DNA of 62,774 nt, the filler included, from Dimargaris cristalligena (Eukaryota): the NCBI GenBank assembly GCA_003614675.1. It is 28 parts of 28 records of this genome, joined end to end, with 100 filler letters (N's around TTAATTAATTAA, not from the genome) between each part and the next. Parts side by side here need not be neighbours in the genome. Positions count along the whole stretch, not along the records: positions 33,858 to 35,998 come from ML004345.1; positions 36,099 to 38,238 come from ML004346.1; positions 38,339 to 40,478 come from ML004347.1; positions 40,579 to 42,716 come from ML004348.1; positions 42,817 to 44,953 come from ML004349.1; positions 45,054 to 47,189 come from ML004350.1; 22 more parts are not named here. One strand, 5' to 3'. Made by a program: the position numbers and the translations under genes. Within the stretch, counting starts at the first letter, position 1, and each line of letters begins with the position of its first letter. This document shows, piece after piece, positions 34,959 to 47,289 of the stretch. The notes below the pieces were generated by a model. That model saw only the letters and a list, made by a program, of their open reading frames with translations. It was not told the origin of the DNA and ran no database searches.

Positions 34959-35998
34959 TGGTTTGGCCAACAAGCCTATTTAGACCATTTTCAAAAATTT
35001 GGGTCTCCTGCTCTGGTTATGGTTCCTAAAAACCAATGTGGTAAACTTGACTGTATTACCCAACAAATGTTGTATCTTGGTCCTTCCTCTACTGAGGGTA
35101 CCAACAAATACTATAATCCTATTACAAAACGTGTAATACAAAGTAGGGATGCAAAATTTATTGAGGATAATCTATTTCCAGATGTCCGGGAGCAGCTTGA
35201 TACCTGTCTCCATAACTTGTATATCTCTACTACTATATCTCCTATTCCCCCCACCCAGTCCGCAGACATACCAACCACCATTACAAATAATACTAAGGTA
35301 GTGGAAGTTGTTGATCACGTCGCCGACAGTCCTGATTATCTATCTGATCAAGGGGAATTTACGGATGCCACTGACGATGGCCCTAATCCATCCACAAACC
35401 TAGGCCAACTGGTATCTTCAAATATATCACCTCTGGAATTAAATAATCGTCCATGTCGTATAGCTGCCACTAAGGCTCTCAATGGCATCTGAAATACCAT
35501 ATTACCATGCCCTTATCATAGGAACCAAACTCGGGATCAGGTACTACTTGCTATCAATGGCCCGAGTTCCTACCATGCTGCCATCACCAGTGACGACCAG
35601 ATTGAATGGCAGGCTGCCATAAATCGTGAACTCCAATCTATGGAGGATAACAAGGTCTGGGAACTTGTTCCACGTCCCACTGGTCACAAAGTAATCCCCT
35701 GTCGATGGGTTTTTGTTACCAAACTACACCCTGATGGGTCTGTAGATCGCTATAAGGGCCACCTAGTAGTAAAAGGTTTTTATCAAAGGGAGGGGATAGA
35801 CTACCATAATACCTACGCACCTGTAGTTAGATATCCAACCATTCGTATGGTATTGGCCTTAACAGCCTATTACCATATGGACATCCATCAAATGGATGTC
35901 AAGACTGCTTTCCTCTATGGTGATTTGGAGGAAACAGTTTATATGGAACCACCTGAAGGTTTAAACTTACCTGAAGGGAACTTAGTTTGTACAATCAT
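34959..35998 (+). mobile_element. Ty1/Copia post-integrase SH3 region and reverse transcriptase fragment
   Basis: WFGQQAYLDHFQKFGS..KLD..YLG..SRDAKFIE; VWELVPRP..RWVF..RYKGHLVVKGFYQREGIDY..DVKTAFLYGDLEETVYMEPPEG; TGA at 35490. Confidence 0.93.
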
Positions 35999-37331
35999 NN
36001 NNNNNNNNNNNNNNNNNNNNNNNNNNNNNNNNNNNNNNNNNNTTAATTAATTAANNNNNNNNNNNNNNNNNNNNNNNNNNNNNNNNNNNNNNNNNNNNTC
36101 TATCATAGTCTTGCAATTCGGGTATAAAAACCCGCCTATTTTGCTCCCTAATTTGGAGAGAAAATCCAGCAGAAAAAACCTATCTATATCGTTATAAAAA
36201 CCTTAAAAACCATCCTTATTATTAAATAAAAACTTCTCCTATAAAATCTAATCTATTAACTAATTAATTTTACAAGGCCGTCGAAGAGCGAAGGAAAAGT
36301 AGCCATGGTCCTTAAGTTCGATTTACATATATATATATATTATTTCATTTAAAATATGTTCCACTCGAAGCGTCAGTTCACTGAGAGCCCAGAGGCGTCT
36401 CCTCCGCCCTCACCATCCCGTCCCCGCTCTCCACTTGAATGGTTGTTTCCGGCTTCCTCTTCACGGTCTGGTGCCCTTCAACCCGATAGGGCCACGTTGA
36501 ACCCTCCCGGATCCCCGGGCCGTGTTACTACACTATTAGCATCAGGCCATAAGAAGCAAAAAGGTAGTTAGAGTATCACGAATATAAATCAGACTATTTC
36601 TTTTAAAATATGACATCAGCTTCTAGTAAATGAATATTGGTGTTGCGTTATGATTTTAAGAATAAATGCCCACTATACCTTCATGCAGATGTTCGTTTAA
36701 GACAAATCAGTATCCTATTAATCCTTAGGTAATACAATATTTAAGACAGGCATGTTAAACAGTGAGATGCCTGGTGAATGGTGCTTCTTTTCTTCAGAAA
36801 TTATAGGGAATAGCTAACATCTACAGTTAGGGTAGAGAATCGCTCTATTGGAGATCATTGAATATAGCCAAATACAGGCAGCCCATCCCGCTCATTTCGG
36901 CCTATATCTCAAAATGGGTATTTGATAATCCATTCAGACCATAAGTTCGGCTAAAAAAAATCTCCAATAGATAGCCTATAAATATAAATATGGTAGTCGT
37001 TTTAAAATGCAGATGCACCAATTTATTGATAAAGCAGTCACCGGGTGGGGACGAACACAAATGGATCGAAGCCTCAAATAATGAATCGTGGACTCGTGGG
37101 GACACATAAATATATAAGATGATCATGATTGGATGCATTTAAATGAAGCGGGTATGTTAAGAAGCATTCTATAATAAAACTGGAAAATGGACGTGATAGA
37201 TGCATTGGATTCTACTGACCCTTAAGGCGGCTTATCAAATGAACGCCCGCTAAAAAGGGATCGCTAGATTGGTCGAATTGCTGTCAAGGAGTTGGAATTC
37301 CCGGGACCTTTTTTCCATGGGGTCGGCGGTT

Positions 37332-38078
37332 TTACCAAATTTTGCTCTTAACAGCATTTGCAGCACCAGTGACTGAGTTCTTAACGGCATTGGCGGCACC
37401 GGCGCCCATTTTATAGGCAGAATTTGCGGCACCAGTAACCGTGTTCTTGGCGGTATTGACGGCACCGGCGCCCATTTTATAGGCAGTATTTGCGGCATTT
37501 CTGCCCGTATTTACCACAGCCATGGTGGCTTGGCCGACTTTTCCTACCGCGTTAGTAGCGATTTGACCGGCCTTTCCCGCCATGGTCACAGGTTTATTTA
37601 CCTTCACCACAGCAGCGGGGTTTTTCACCGTCACGGCTGATTTGGCACTATGTTCGTTCAGTGCGGCTGCGCTTGCAGCGGTGCCAGTGCTCTTCGAGGG
37701 CGTGGGCTTAACACTATCTTGTTTCTTGGCGGGTTCGAGCGAACTTTTCCTCACGGTGCTTGCGAGCATAGATTGCGTAGGGGGGGATATAGGCGTATTT
37801 TGTTTTGCGACGGGTTTGGATGAGCTGGGGAGGAGAGGCTTAACGGAGTTTTTCGAACTATTTTTAATGTTTGCCGCGGTGGCTTTGACGTCATTGGCCG
37901 CATTTCGAGCGCCTGTTTTGAGGTTATGGGCGGTTTGTTTTACGGCGGATGTAGTTTTTTTGAAAATAGTTGACACTGATTCCCTGGTAGCAGGATATGG
38001 CTGTGGTGTGGGGGAGGCCGCCACAAGGATGGCACCGATCAGGGTGATGGAGACGAGCAGTTGTCTAAAGTTAACCAT
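37332..38078 (-). CDS. 248-aa secreted Ala/Lys/Thr-rich protein with LEA-like 11/22-aa repeats
   Basis: Signal-peptide-like MVNFRQLLVSITLIGAILVAA-SP; C-terminal AANTAYKMGAGAVNTAKNTVTG / AANSAYKMGAGAANAVKNSVTG (66-bp duplication). Confidence 0.8.
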   Translation of the reverse strand: MVNFRQLLVSITLIGAILVAASPTPQPYPATRESVSTIFKKTTSAVKQTAHNLKTGARNAANDVKATAANIKNSSKNSVKPLLPSSSKPVAKQNTPISPPTQSMLASTVRKSSLEPAKKQDSVKPTPSKSTGTAASAAALNEHSAKSAVTVKNPAAVVKVNKPVTMAGKAGQIATNAVGKVGQATMAVVNTGRNAANTAYKMGAGAVNTAKNTVTGAANSAYKMGAGAANAVKNSVTGAANAVKSKIW

Positions 38079-38338
38079 GTTGACAGCAGTGGAGGAGATG
38101 AGGGATGTTGTGCAGCGATGGGAAAAACTTAATAAAGCGGAATGAATAATAAGTCCCGACGGCTATAGAAATAGCGAAAATTGCCTAAACACTAGTTAAT
38201 AATAATCAATAATCTGAAATAGTCAAAGAACTGCAGACNNNNNNNNNNNNNNNNNNNNNNNNNNNNNNNNNNNNNNNNNNNNTTAATTAATTAANNNNNN
38301 NNNNNNNNNNNNNNNNNNNNNNNNNNNNNNNNNNNNNN

Positions 38339-40477
38339 AGTCGACTTGCCATGTCCGCTTATACCTACGATGGCAGTGATGCGTCCGGCTGGAATGGTAA
38401 AGCTGATCCCTTGCAAGATTGGCCCAGCGTCGTCGTATGCAAATGCCACATTCCGAAATTCGATACTACTCCCACTCTTGAGATTAAGCGGAGGTGCCTC
38501 AAAGTCGTCCCGGAGGTCCGGGGGTTGACTGATTACCTTAACGGTATTCGCTTCAGTTCTCGAGGGCCTAAAGCGGGAAATAAAATACAATGAGAGCTCA
38601 TTGGCACGCTCGGAGATTGGCATATACGCGTTGATGGCAAAGAGACATTCGACATGGGTTATGTCAGCGGCGTGCAGTTTCCAGACGCACAGAGTCACCC
38701 ACGGATAAAATAGGGCGCTATAAAGTAGATTGGTATAGGCAGACGAGATGGCAGTCACACCGGTTTCTGAGTATCGAAGGGCACCCGTTAGACTCTTGGC
38801 AATTTGGGTATACTCATACCTCTCGCTGTTAAGATACCTGAATGAGACAAATCTCCGAACACGGTCAATCATCCCCCATCTAAAACCTAAGTGGGCAAGC
38901 AACGTGTCAATATCGACCCTATCATTGATGAGGCGACGACAATAGTGCGCTAGACTACTCAAAAACAGGTACGTTAATCCAAAGAGTACGGCCTCAGGTC
39001 CAACGGAATCCCACATACCAATTAGAAGAAACACCGACCCTACCAAACACCCAACAAATTTAAACGCCCGGTCTTGGAAATCGATCGCTAGTCCCACATA
39101 ACTATACAATATACAATCAGGGCTGTCGATGGGTTTGCTTGACTCCCGATGAAGGTTGTGGATTTGAGTGTACACCTGGCATTTCCACTGAGCACGCATA
39201 TTTCGATTGGCCTTGGCTTGTAAGTGTGAAAAAAACATGGGTCCAACTTGACTGATCATCTGGCTCGGGAAATAATAGAGGCACAGAAAGCCTGCGATAG
39301 TCGCAGTTTGGGTAACCAAACTATCCTGGAAGTTGCGATGAAGCTGAGCCTGGGCGTACTTTATGACCTCCTTACTCAGTACCAGAGTTAGTAAAAAAAG
39401 AGTATTAGAATACACCTTCCTATCACGAAAAAGTCGAGAGAGAACCACTCTATACGTTTTGATTTCGCGAGTGATAAACACAGGTTCAAAAGCACTACCA
39501 TCGGCCTCGGCCTCGGTCTCGATGACATCCTCGTCTAGATAATACGCAGCGGCCGGTACACTAATATATAGTAGATCTATCAAGCCTTTCTTAGTCTCGT
39601 CGCGCTTAATTTCTTGCATTAAGGAAATTGAATCGCTCCAATATAGTCCCCAGGGTTGGTTCTCATTGACAAGTAATGCTGGACGGTGGGTACGATCCAG
39701 GACTCCTAGGCCCGGGCAATGGCAAAAAACCCTTTGAGTAACTCGTGATGGGGCATGGGCCACCAACCAAACGATGCTTCCGCCGAGAATAGGGACCATT
39801 TGCTGGCGATGGAATCGAAGTTGATACCCGGCTACGCAGATCAATACTATAGCATTTATAGACGCTGGGCCCAGTGTCCAAGCCAACGTAGGAAATTGAT
39901 TCTGGTAGAGTCCGTGCTGTAGGGCCAAAATGACTAGCTCGGCCATGGCAAGCCGGACATGGACCAACCAAAATTCAAGATACATCGAGCTGCGCAAGCT
40001 TAAACGGTACAACCAAAGGGATTGGTCACGGTGGGTAGCCGGTCGAGAACTCCGGCGCTGGTTCAGGAAATACAGCCAAGCTGCCATTAAAATTAAGCAG
40101 TGAAAAACCCCCCAAAATACCGGAGATAATGTGGTCGCAGTGTGGCCCTCCCTCTTTAGCCATGCCAGAGCCGTTGCTAGGGAGAATGCTACGATGGTAT
40201 GTACGCCGATAACGACGGCGATGGCTACACGCTGGAATGTCTCTAAACGAACGTTAGTGGATAGTTGCTGGTCTCGCGTTACCGAAGGATAGGGTAAGGC
40301 GCTAAATCCATCTGGGGTACTTGCGGCGGGTTTATAGGCCGGGCTTTGCTGGAAACGTAAAAATCGGATCAAATAGGTCAGAGTGGCGATAACCGTGACA
40401 CTAGACCATATATTTATGGCTTGATATGGGAGTAGTTCAACAAGGCTGTATAACGAAAAATCCATTTGATGAGGCAA
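38339..40477 (-). CDS. Divergent ABCB-type half transporter (HMT1/ATM1-like architecture), truncated at Walker A
   Basis: Many TM segments, then IEFRNVAFAY...ILQGISFTIPAGRITAIVGISGHGKST. Confidence 0.85.
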
Positions 40478-43400
40478 ANNNNNNNNNNNNNNNNNNNNNN
40501 NNNNNNNNNNNNNNNNNNNNNNTTAATTAATTAANNNNNNNNNNNNNNNNNNNNNNNNNNNNNNNNNNNNNNNNNNNNTTTGGTTCAGGTTTCGAATGGT
40601 AAAGTTTAAGTTAGGGATATGGTAACTAAAGGGGGCTTCCACTACCGACTTATATAGGGAAATCTATTAGGAGGCAAAATACCTCAAACGGGCGAAATTG
40701 ACGCAGTCATTGGAATGCCAAGTTAATGAAGGCGGCCCTAGTAACGGGAAATCCCATACTTGCAGTTATGTATTTTGCAATCAGACTATTAATAGATGTC
40801 ATACATGGGTTAATAAGGGAGATGGAAGTGTCTTTTCCGAATTTTGGCATAAGTAGTCTGTGTAGTTGTGCTGCTTTCTATTACTGTTTAGCTAAGTAAA
40901 ACATTGGGCCGGGCGGGCATTTGATTGTAAATTGCGATTGAATCCCTGGATTAGTCGACTTGGTATTTGTCATAAGGGCTCTCCTCGGCTTACTAAGCCC
41001 AACTCAAATAGGTTTTATCCCTTTTGCCACTATGCAGCCATCCTACAAAGGGAAAGCGTACATCATCAGCCTATTTGGTTCCCCTAATAGTATAGCCTAA
41101 AATCTCCGACCAATGCACGTGCCTGCTGATTACTAAACCCATTAGTAACTTACAAATTAGGTTCTATTCAATATTTATCAACCACCCGATTTCGGGACCT
41201 TTATCCTAACTATAATTGGATAGGAATGGCGAAATTGGCCGCGTAACTGTGCTGGCAGCATAAGTCGGGAAGGCCCAAGCTACCATTGTCCATTTTGTTA
41301 CTTTAACAAATTGTACGTTTACAGGTTTCCCTCAGTAATTAATAATCCGTGGTCACCACCGATTACAGCTAACAGAAGTTTCCTGGCCTGGATTTTGTCA
41401 TTAGGAAAAATAAGACCAGGGCTGACAAATTTCCGGGATTCGGCTGAGCTACCTTCCTTGCCCTTTCAATTATAACTGCTGACTCCTCTAAAAGTGTTTA
41501 AATGAGAGCAGCCCTGTCAGTTTTGTGAGAATAATTAGGTACTTTCTCTATATATTTCAAATGTGCGATATTGCAAGCCGGCTCGAGCCAACCTTGTATA
41601 CCCACCCTTGTCCACGGGTATAATTCCTATAGATGCTAACCAGTGGCGCAAATTCGACTGTTTAACAGGGTTATTAGGGCCTCTCCACTATAGGCACTAA
41701 TTATTTCGCATAGTTCGCTGTACTCATGTGAATACGAAACTACAAAAAACCTCCAACTACCCGTTATTTTTATTAGACACCTTACGCACCTGTTAGAGAC
41801 AAGTTCAACTCCCGAAATCTCAACCATTTTACTATAGAGCCAATCCTCCCTCAGTATGAACGAGCTGTCTAGAGTAAGCCAGCATCATCTATAACAATAA
41901 CAAATATTGCTAGACCTCGACCCAGCGATCTACTGCACAATACCTGAATAGCTAGGCTTGCGTTTAAATAGGTATGTAGATTAGAGTATGCCATTAAAAA
42001 AACAACCGTTAATCAAAAGAGGTTTTGATTTAATTTTCAGCTTCGGCTTGGAGTGCCGGTTTCCCCAAGATCTTCCAACTCATAGGCTTTCACTTTTTTA
42101 TGTTATTAATTAATGAAGATGCAAACAATATAACATCGCCTATCTACTTCATTTTGATGATATTAAATTCCCATTCTGAACTTCTCCAATTGGAGGTTGT
42201 TTATTATACAAATTCCTTCACCATCTTCATACCCCTCTTCATCAATGGAATGTATGGCTAATTATTCCTATTCCGCTGCAACCACTGAGTCCAAAATTTG
42301 TGACACATAATATATAGAAGCAGGGGTTGGCATTGACCTCTGGATTACACTTCTGAGCCAATATTGATAGCACACGAGATGACTAGGTCTACAAATACCT
42401 TGACCAAGGCGGCAATCATTTTGGCAAATGTTTCAGATTGTTCCCAGTAATGGATTCAGCTCACCAAAAATAGTAGAACAGCTGATAATAATAACGAAAG
42501 TATTAAAGCAGGCATATGAGGTAAATAAAAAGCATAAGACCCGTTTATATTTGCTGGTAAATTTGTTGAATAGCCCCCATGTTTACCCCCCTTCAGGGGC
42601 ATATTGGAACATATTTTTCGAATTGGTGGGGGAAATTGGCTTCTGAATCACTAAAGATAGTATGAATAAAATGCTGTATAAACTAAAATTTTATATCAGT
42701 CGCCTGTTTGGCTCAGNNNNNNNNNNNNNNNNNNNNNNNNNNNNNNNNNNNNNNNNNNNNTTAATTAATTAANNNNNNNNNNNNNNNNNNNNNNNNNNNN
42801 NNNNNNNNNNNNNNNNTGGTACCCATCATATTGCAATAGTCCACCCAGCTAATAACAGGGTTAGTATAACAAGTAGCAGAATGGGTAGATGCACCCTCAT
42901 TGGTTATTTTCAGAACTAACGGTCCCTACCTCCCATAGTTCTGGGTAGTTTCTATATTATTACTATGTTATAAGCCATTTATACTCTATCCAATTTAATT
43001 CCTATTAGCACACAACACTATAAAACCACTTTTTACTGGGCTTTACCTTCAAATTAATATTTAATTGGCCTAGAATAACACTAAAAACTCTTTAATTACT
43101 GAAGTGTTATATTGGTAAAAACACCCCGGGTGCAAAAATGCTATATTTGGTCACATGCACTGCATAGTATAATATCCATCAATACATCTGTATTAGCTGT
43201 AGGTAGCATGGTAAAGCTTTATATTGTGCATAAAGTAATCCAATAGGGCTACTCAAGGAGCCCTTAGTTAGGCCCATATACACTTATCAAAGCTGGTGAG
43301 AATGGGTAATGTGTTTTGAAAACCAGCAGGAAGTAGTTCTTAGAAGAGCATACCCTCTTTCTCATCTTAAGCAATATATTTCTTAGCCTTGCCACCATTT

Positions 43401-44269
43401 ATGGAGTTCCTATTTGTACTACCTGGGAAGTCTGGGCTATTGCCAGTGGCCTTTGGGTTTTGCAAGGAGGCAGTGGCCTCCTTATCAGCATGGCCAAAAG
43501 TTGTGGTAGCCAGCTCCCTGCCTATTGAAGATGAGAGGTTCACGGAGTTAGAGGAGACAGGGGCAGAGGTATGTGTCATTATGTTGGGGTTACAGAGGGG
43601 TGAATGGTTAGTAAACCAGATGGGGAACAGGGGGATAAATGAGGAGTGTCAAAGTTTATTGAGAAACAATAAAAACAAGGGAGTTGATAATTAATAATCA
43701 ATAAAAGGTCGTCATTGAGTTCAAGGAATATTGAAAATGAGTTTGAAATTTAAATGAGTGATGATTGTTGTCCCAAACAAGTGGGAATTTACTGGTTACT
43801 TATGTAACCATCCTGTGGGCCTTAGGGGCCGCTGGATACAAGGGAAGGTACATAGAAAAAGGGTCAAGAATGGAATGACAAGAAATCCACTGAAAAATAG
43901 GTTAGACTTTTAAATGCAAGGAAGAATGGCAGACTTTTTTAATGCAAACTGTGAGTATAAAGAAATAAATAATATTTTGTTAGTTTTTTGTATATGCCAC
44001 AGTATAGGTGGTTTTTTTTTGTGGGTAAATGACAGGAATGATACCACCATTGCATATCATGGCACATTCCACCCTCTGACAATGAGGACTGGCTGTCTAT
44101 AGTCTGGGGATAAGTATCAACTTCCAGATGGCACTACATATTCATGTATTTGAATCAGTCATTGGGCCTCTTTAGTTATTACATATTATTATTCTCACAA
44201 GAAATAGGTTATTTTAGGACCAGTTGTTTTAACATTACTTAATGAACTGGATAAAATAATTTAATTGTA

Positions 44270-44462
44270 CTATGTATTAGTGGGGAGTATCATATGTCTA
44301 GATACATCATATGCCAGTGTGACACCTGCCTTCCCTGTCATAGTCACTACAGGTTTATTGATCTTCATGGTAAGAGTGTCATTTTTGACAGCCAGAGGTG
44401 GCTTGGTGCTATCTTTTTTTGGCAGAGCTGTGGCAGTATGTCTCTTCACGGAGACTAAGGCT
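44270..44462 (-). pseudogene. Decayed paralog fragment of the 37332..38078 secreted protein
   Basis: KKDSTKPPLAVKNDTLTMKINKPVVTMTGKAG versus KQDSVKP...VTVKNPAAVVKVNKPVTMAGKAG; DNA 44325..44393 aligns with 37567..37633. Confidence 0.6.
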
Positions 44463-44898
44463 TGAGTGTATTAAAGTCAAGTATGAATTAGTAAGAGTAT
44501 ATAATAAGTAATATTTTAAGCAGTTTATTGATAATAGTAAGTTGGGGGAAATGAATAACTGATGAGCATCTAATAATATTAAATTGAGTAGCAGTATAGT
44601 CATCTGTGGTATCAGGTTTGAACAGGGCTCACTGGCAATGAGCATAATGCCGCAATAATCAGATTATTCACATCAGTACCCCTAGAGTATCCTTAAAACG
44701 TGCCAAGGGTCAGGGTGTAATAAGTGCCTGTGGTGGCCTGGTCAGTTGCCTGGCTATATGGGTCACCTGGTTGGTATTGGGCACCCCCAGTGGCATAGTA
44801 GCAACAACTGCTCAAATAATTCCCCAGTAATTTTTCCAAATGTGTTTATACCATAGCTTCTAGCCTAGATTTTTTCTTGGTGATCCAGTGGTTCTGGT

Positions 44899-44953
44899 TG
44901 TAAAGAACTGAAATCAAATCCTTGAAAACTGAACTTTATTTGAAAAGATAGAT
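44899..44953 (-). mobile_element. LTR family B, 3' end
   Basis: Reverse complement of 6811..6865. Confidence 0.85.
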
Positions 44954-46170
44954 NNNNNNNNNNNNNNNNNNNNNNNNNNNNNNNNNNNNNNNNNNNNTTA
45001 ATTAATTAANNNNNNNNNNNNNNNNNNNNNNNNNNNNNNNNNNNNNNNNNNNNAAAAAAACGTGAGAGAATATGGTCACGTGATGAGATCCGGGCGACCG
45101 TCTAAGCCCAACAAGGCACACTACAGCTACCATTGTTTCGGGCCCTCGCCCAGCTGGCCAAGTCGTATTGAAAAGGGGTCGTTAATCTTACGGAGTAGTG
45201 GATTGGCCCATGTGCTAAATTAAAGGTCCAGTCCCGGAATTCTACTGGGAAAAGGGTATCCTGGGACGGTATACCCCATAGGGCCAGAGACTTCGGGCCT
45301 GTCTCTCCGGTTCGGTGGGATCTCGTTTAATAAATCCACCCGTTTGCTCTCAATTGGGGACCGTCGAGTCCCCATACCATTCTAATCGTTGGCAATATAA
45401 TCAAAAGCAATAGCACCAACCAACCGTATCGGCAATCCACCCTTATCCGCGGCAACGGAAAGGCCTTAATTCCGGTCTGTATGAAACGGGTCTAGTCAGC
45501 CATTCACAAGGATCAGAGGCAACGGACCTTGGCAGGTTTCCCCGGCCCCTTCTTATCGCCGATTACATGCCAATCCGGACTCGTAGTATATGGTTTGGTC
45601 ATGTAGCCAGATGGGGCGGGGGCCAAACGAGCGGGCTAATGCCTACTCGTCGTGGTCCCATCTAATAAACAACATTAATCCCCCACCAACCCTCTAAGAA
45701 AGCCGATGGTAGCTCCAGCTCTAGGGATTTTATGTAGGTAGAGAAACGGATCGTAGCGGTCTCTCCTGGCTTTCTCAAATCACGTGCCTCTATATAGGCC
45801 AATCTAGGTGGGTTTGCGCTAGGGACATTCGAACGATCATTGGTGGTGATTCCAGGAGCACCGGGTAGATGGAATAGGTGAGCGGGCCACACTACAAAAA
45901 AACCACCGTTGAGTTAAAAAAAGAAAAAAATAAAGCGAAAGGAAGAAGTGGTGTAAGGTATACCGAGAGGTCGCAGCCCTGGGCCGATTTCTAGACCGTA
46001 CCGTGGCTAATGTAAAGGACCGCTCACCCGCCCGACACCTCACTCCAGCCCCAGTCGTGACCCTCTATCCCTTCCTTATTATAGTGCATTTCGGCATTCT
46101 ATTGCATTGCCCTACCACCTCTCCAAAGTCCAATTTGGCCCTCACTTTCCCGCTTACCAGAGACATAACC

Positions 46171-47189
46171 ATGGTGCGCAAAGCCATTGACTCGCGTATC
46201 CACACCCTCATTAAGAATGGCGTTGAGAACCGGCACCGCTCCTTCTTTGTCATTGTCGGCGACCGCGGCAAGGATCAGGTAAGTTTGCTCAGGCAGGGCA
46301 GTAGCCCCCCTTTTTTTTCAAGCACGTACCCGGTGCTTCCCAACGGGCCCGCCCTCGCGTTGGGGGTGCCCTTACCAACTCGCGGCTATATCTCGCCCCG
46401 GCCAATGCCGCCGCGCTGGCCTCTGCCCTATATACCCCGCGCCGATGACCCTCTAACTCATTTTTAAAATGTCTCTGGAATGTATCAATCAATGAATCCC
46501 TCTAGGTGGTAAATCTGCACTGGATCCTATCCCAGGCCCAGGTGGCGTCGCGGCCCTCGGTGCTCTGGTGCTACAAGAAGGAGCTGGGCTTTACCTCCCA
46601 CCGCAAGAAGCGGGAGGCCAAGATCAAGAGCGACATCAAAAAGGGTATCCGCAAGGCCAACGACGAGGACCCCTTCGAACTCTTCATCTCCGTCACTGAC
46701 ATTCGCTACACTTACTACAAGGAGACCCAGAATATCCTGGGTACCACCTTTGGCATGTGCGTGCTGCAGGACTTTGAGGCCCTGACCCCCAACCTGTTGG
46801 CCCGTACCGTCGAAACCGTCGAGGGGGGCGGTTTGGTGGTGCTGCTGCTCAAGACCATGAACTCCCTCAAGCAGCTATACACCATGACCATGGACGTGCA
46901 CAGCCGGTACCGGACCGAAGCCCACCAGGACGTCGTGGCCCGCTTCAACGAACGCTTCATTCTGTCCCTGGGTTCCTGCGACAGTTGCCTCGTGGTGGAC
47001 GACGAGCTCAACGTCCTGCCCATCTCCATGGGTAAGAACACCAAGCCCCTCCCGACCCGGGCCCCGGAGGACCGCGTGTCCGACAAGGACCGGCAGCTGG
47101 CCGACCTCAAGGCCTCCCTGGCCGGCACTCAGCCCATCGGCAGCCTCGTGGCCAAGGCGCGCACCCTCGATCAGGCCCAGGCCGTCCCG
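46171..47189 (+). CDS. KRE33: 18S rRNA/tRNA cytidine acetyltransferase Kre33/NAT10, 5' part; exon 1 46171..46278, intron 46279..46505, exon 2 46506..>47189
   Basis: MVRKAIDSRIHTLIKNGV..HRSFFVIVGDRGKDQ|VVNLHWIL..SVLWCYKKELGF..LQDFEALTPNLLARTVETVEGGG; GTAAGT donor, CTAAC branch (~46453), TAG acceptor. Confidence 0.97.
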
Positions 47190-47289
47190 NNNNNNNNNNN
47201 NNNNNNNNNNNNNNNNNNNNNNNNNNNNNNNNNTTAATTAATTAANNNNNNNNNNNNNNNNNNNNNNNNNNNNNNNNNNNNNNNNNNNN

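Noticed and set aside
37582-38145. 187-aa plus-strand ORF, and similar antisense ORFs over SPT16, KRE33, the MAN1-family gene and gag-pol
   Set aside because: Shadow frames opposite well-supported genes.
45075-45090. CACGTG/GATGAG as ribosome-biogenesis promoter motifs for KRE33
   Set aside because: About 1.1 kb upstream, short, and expected by chance.
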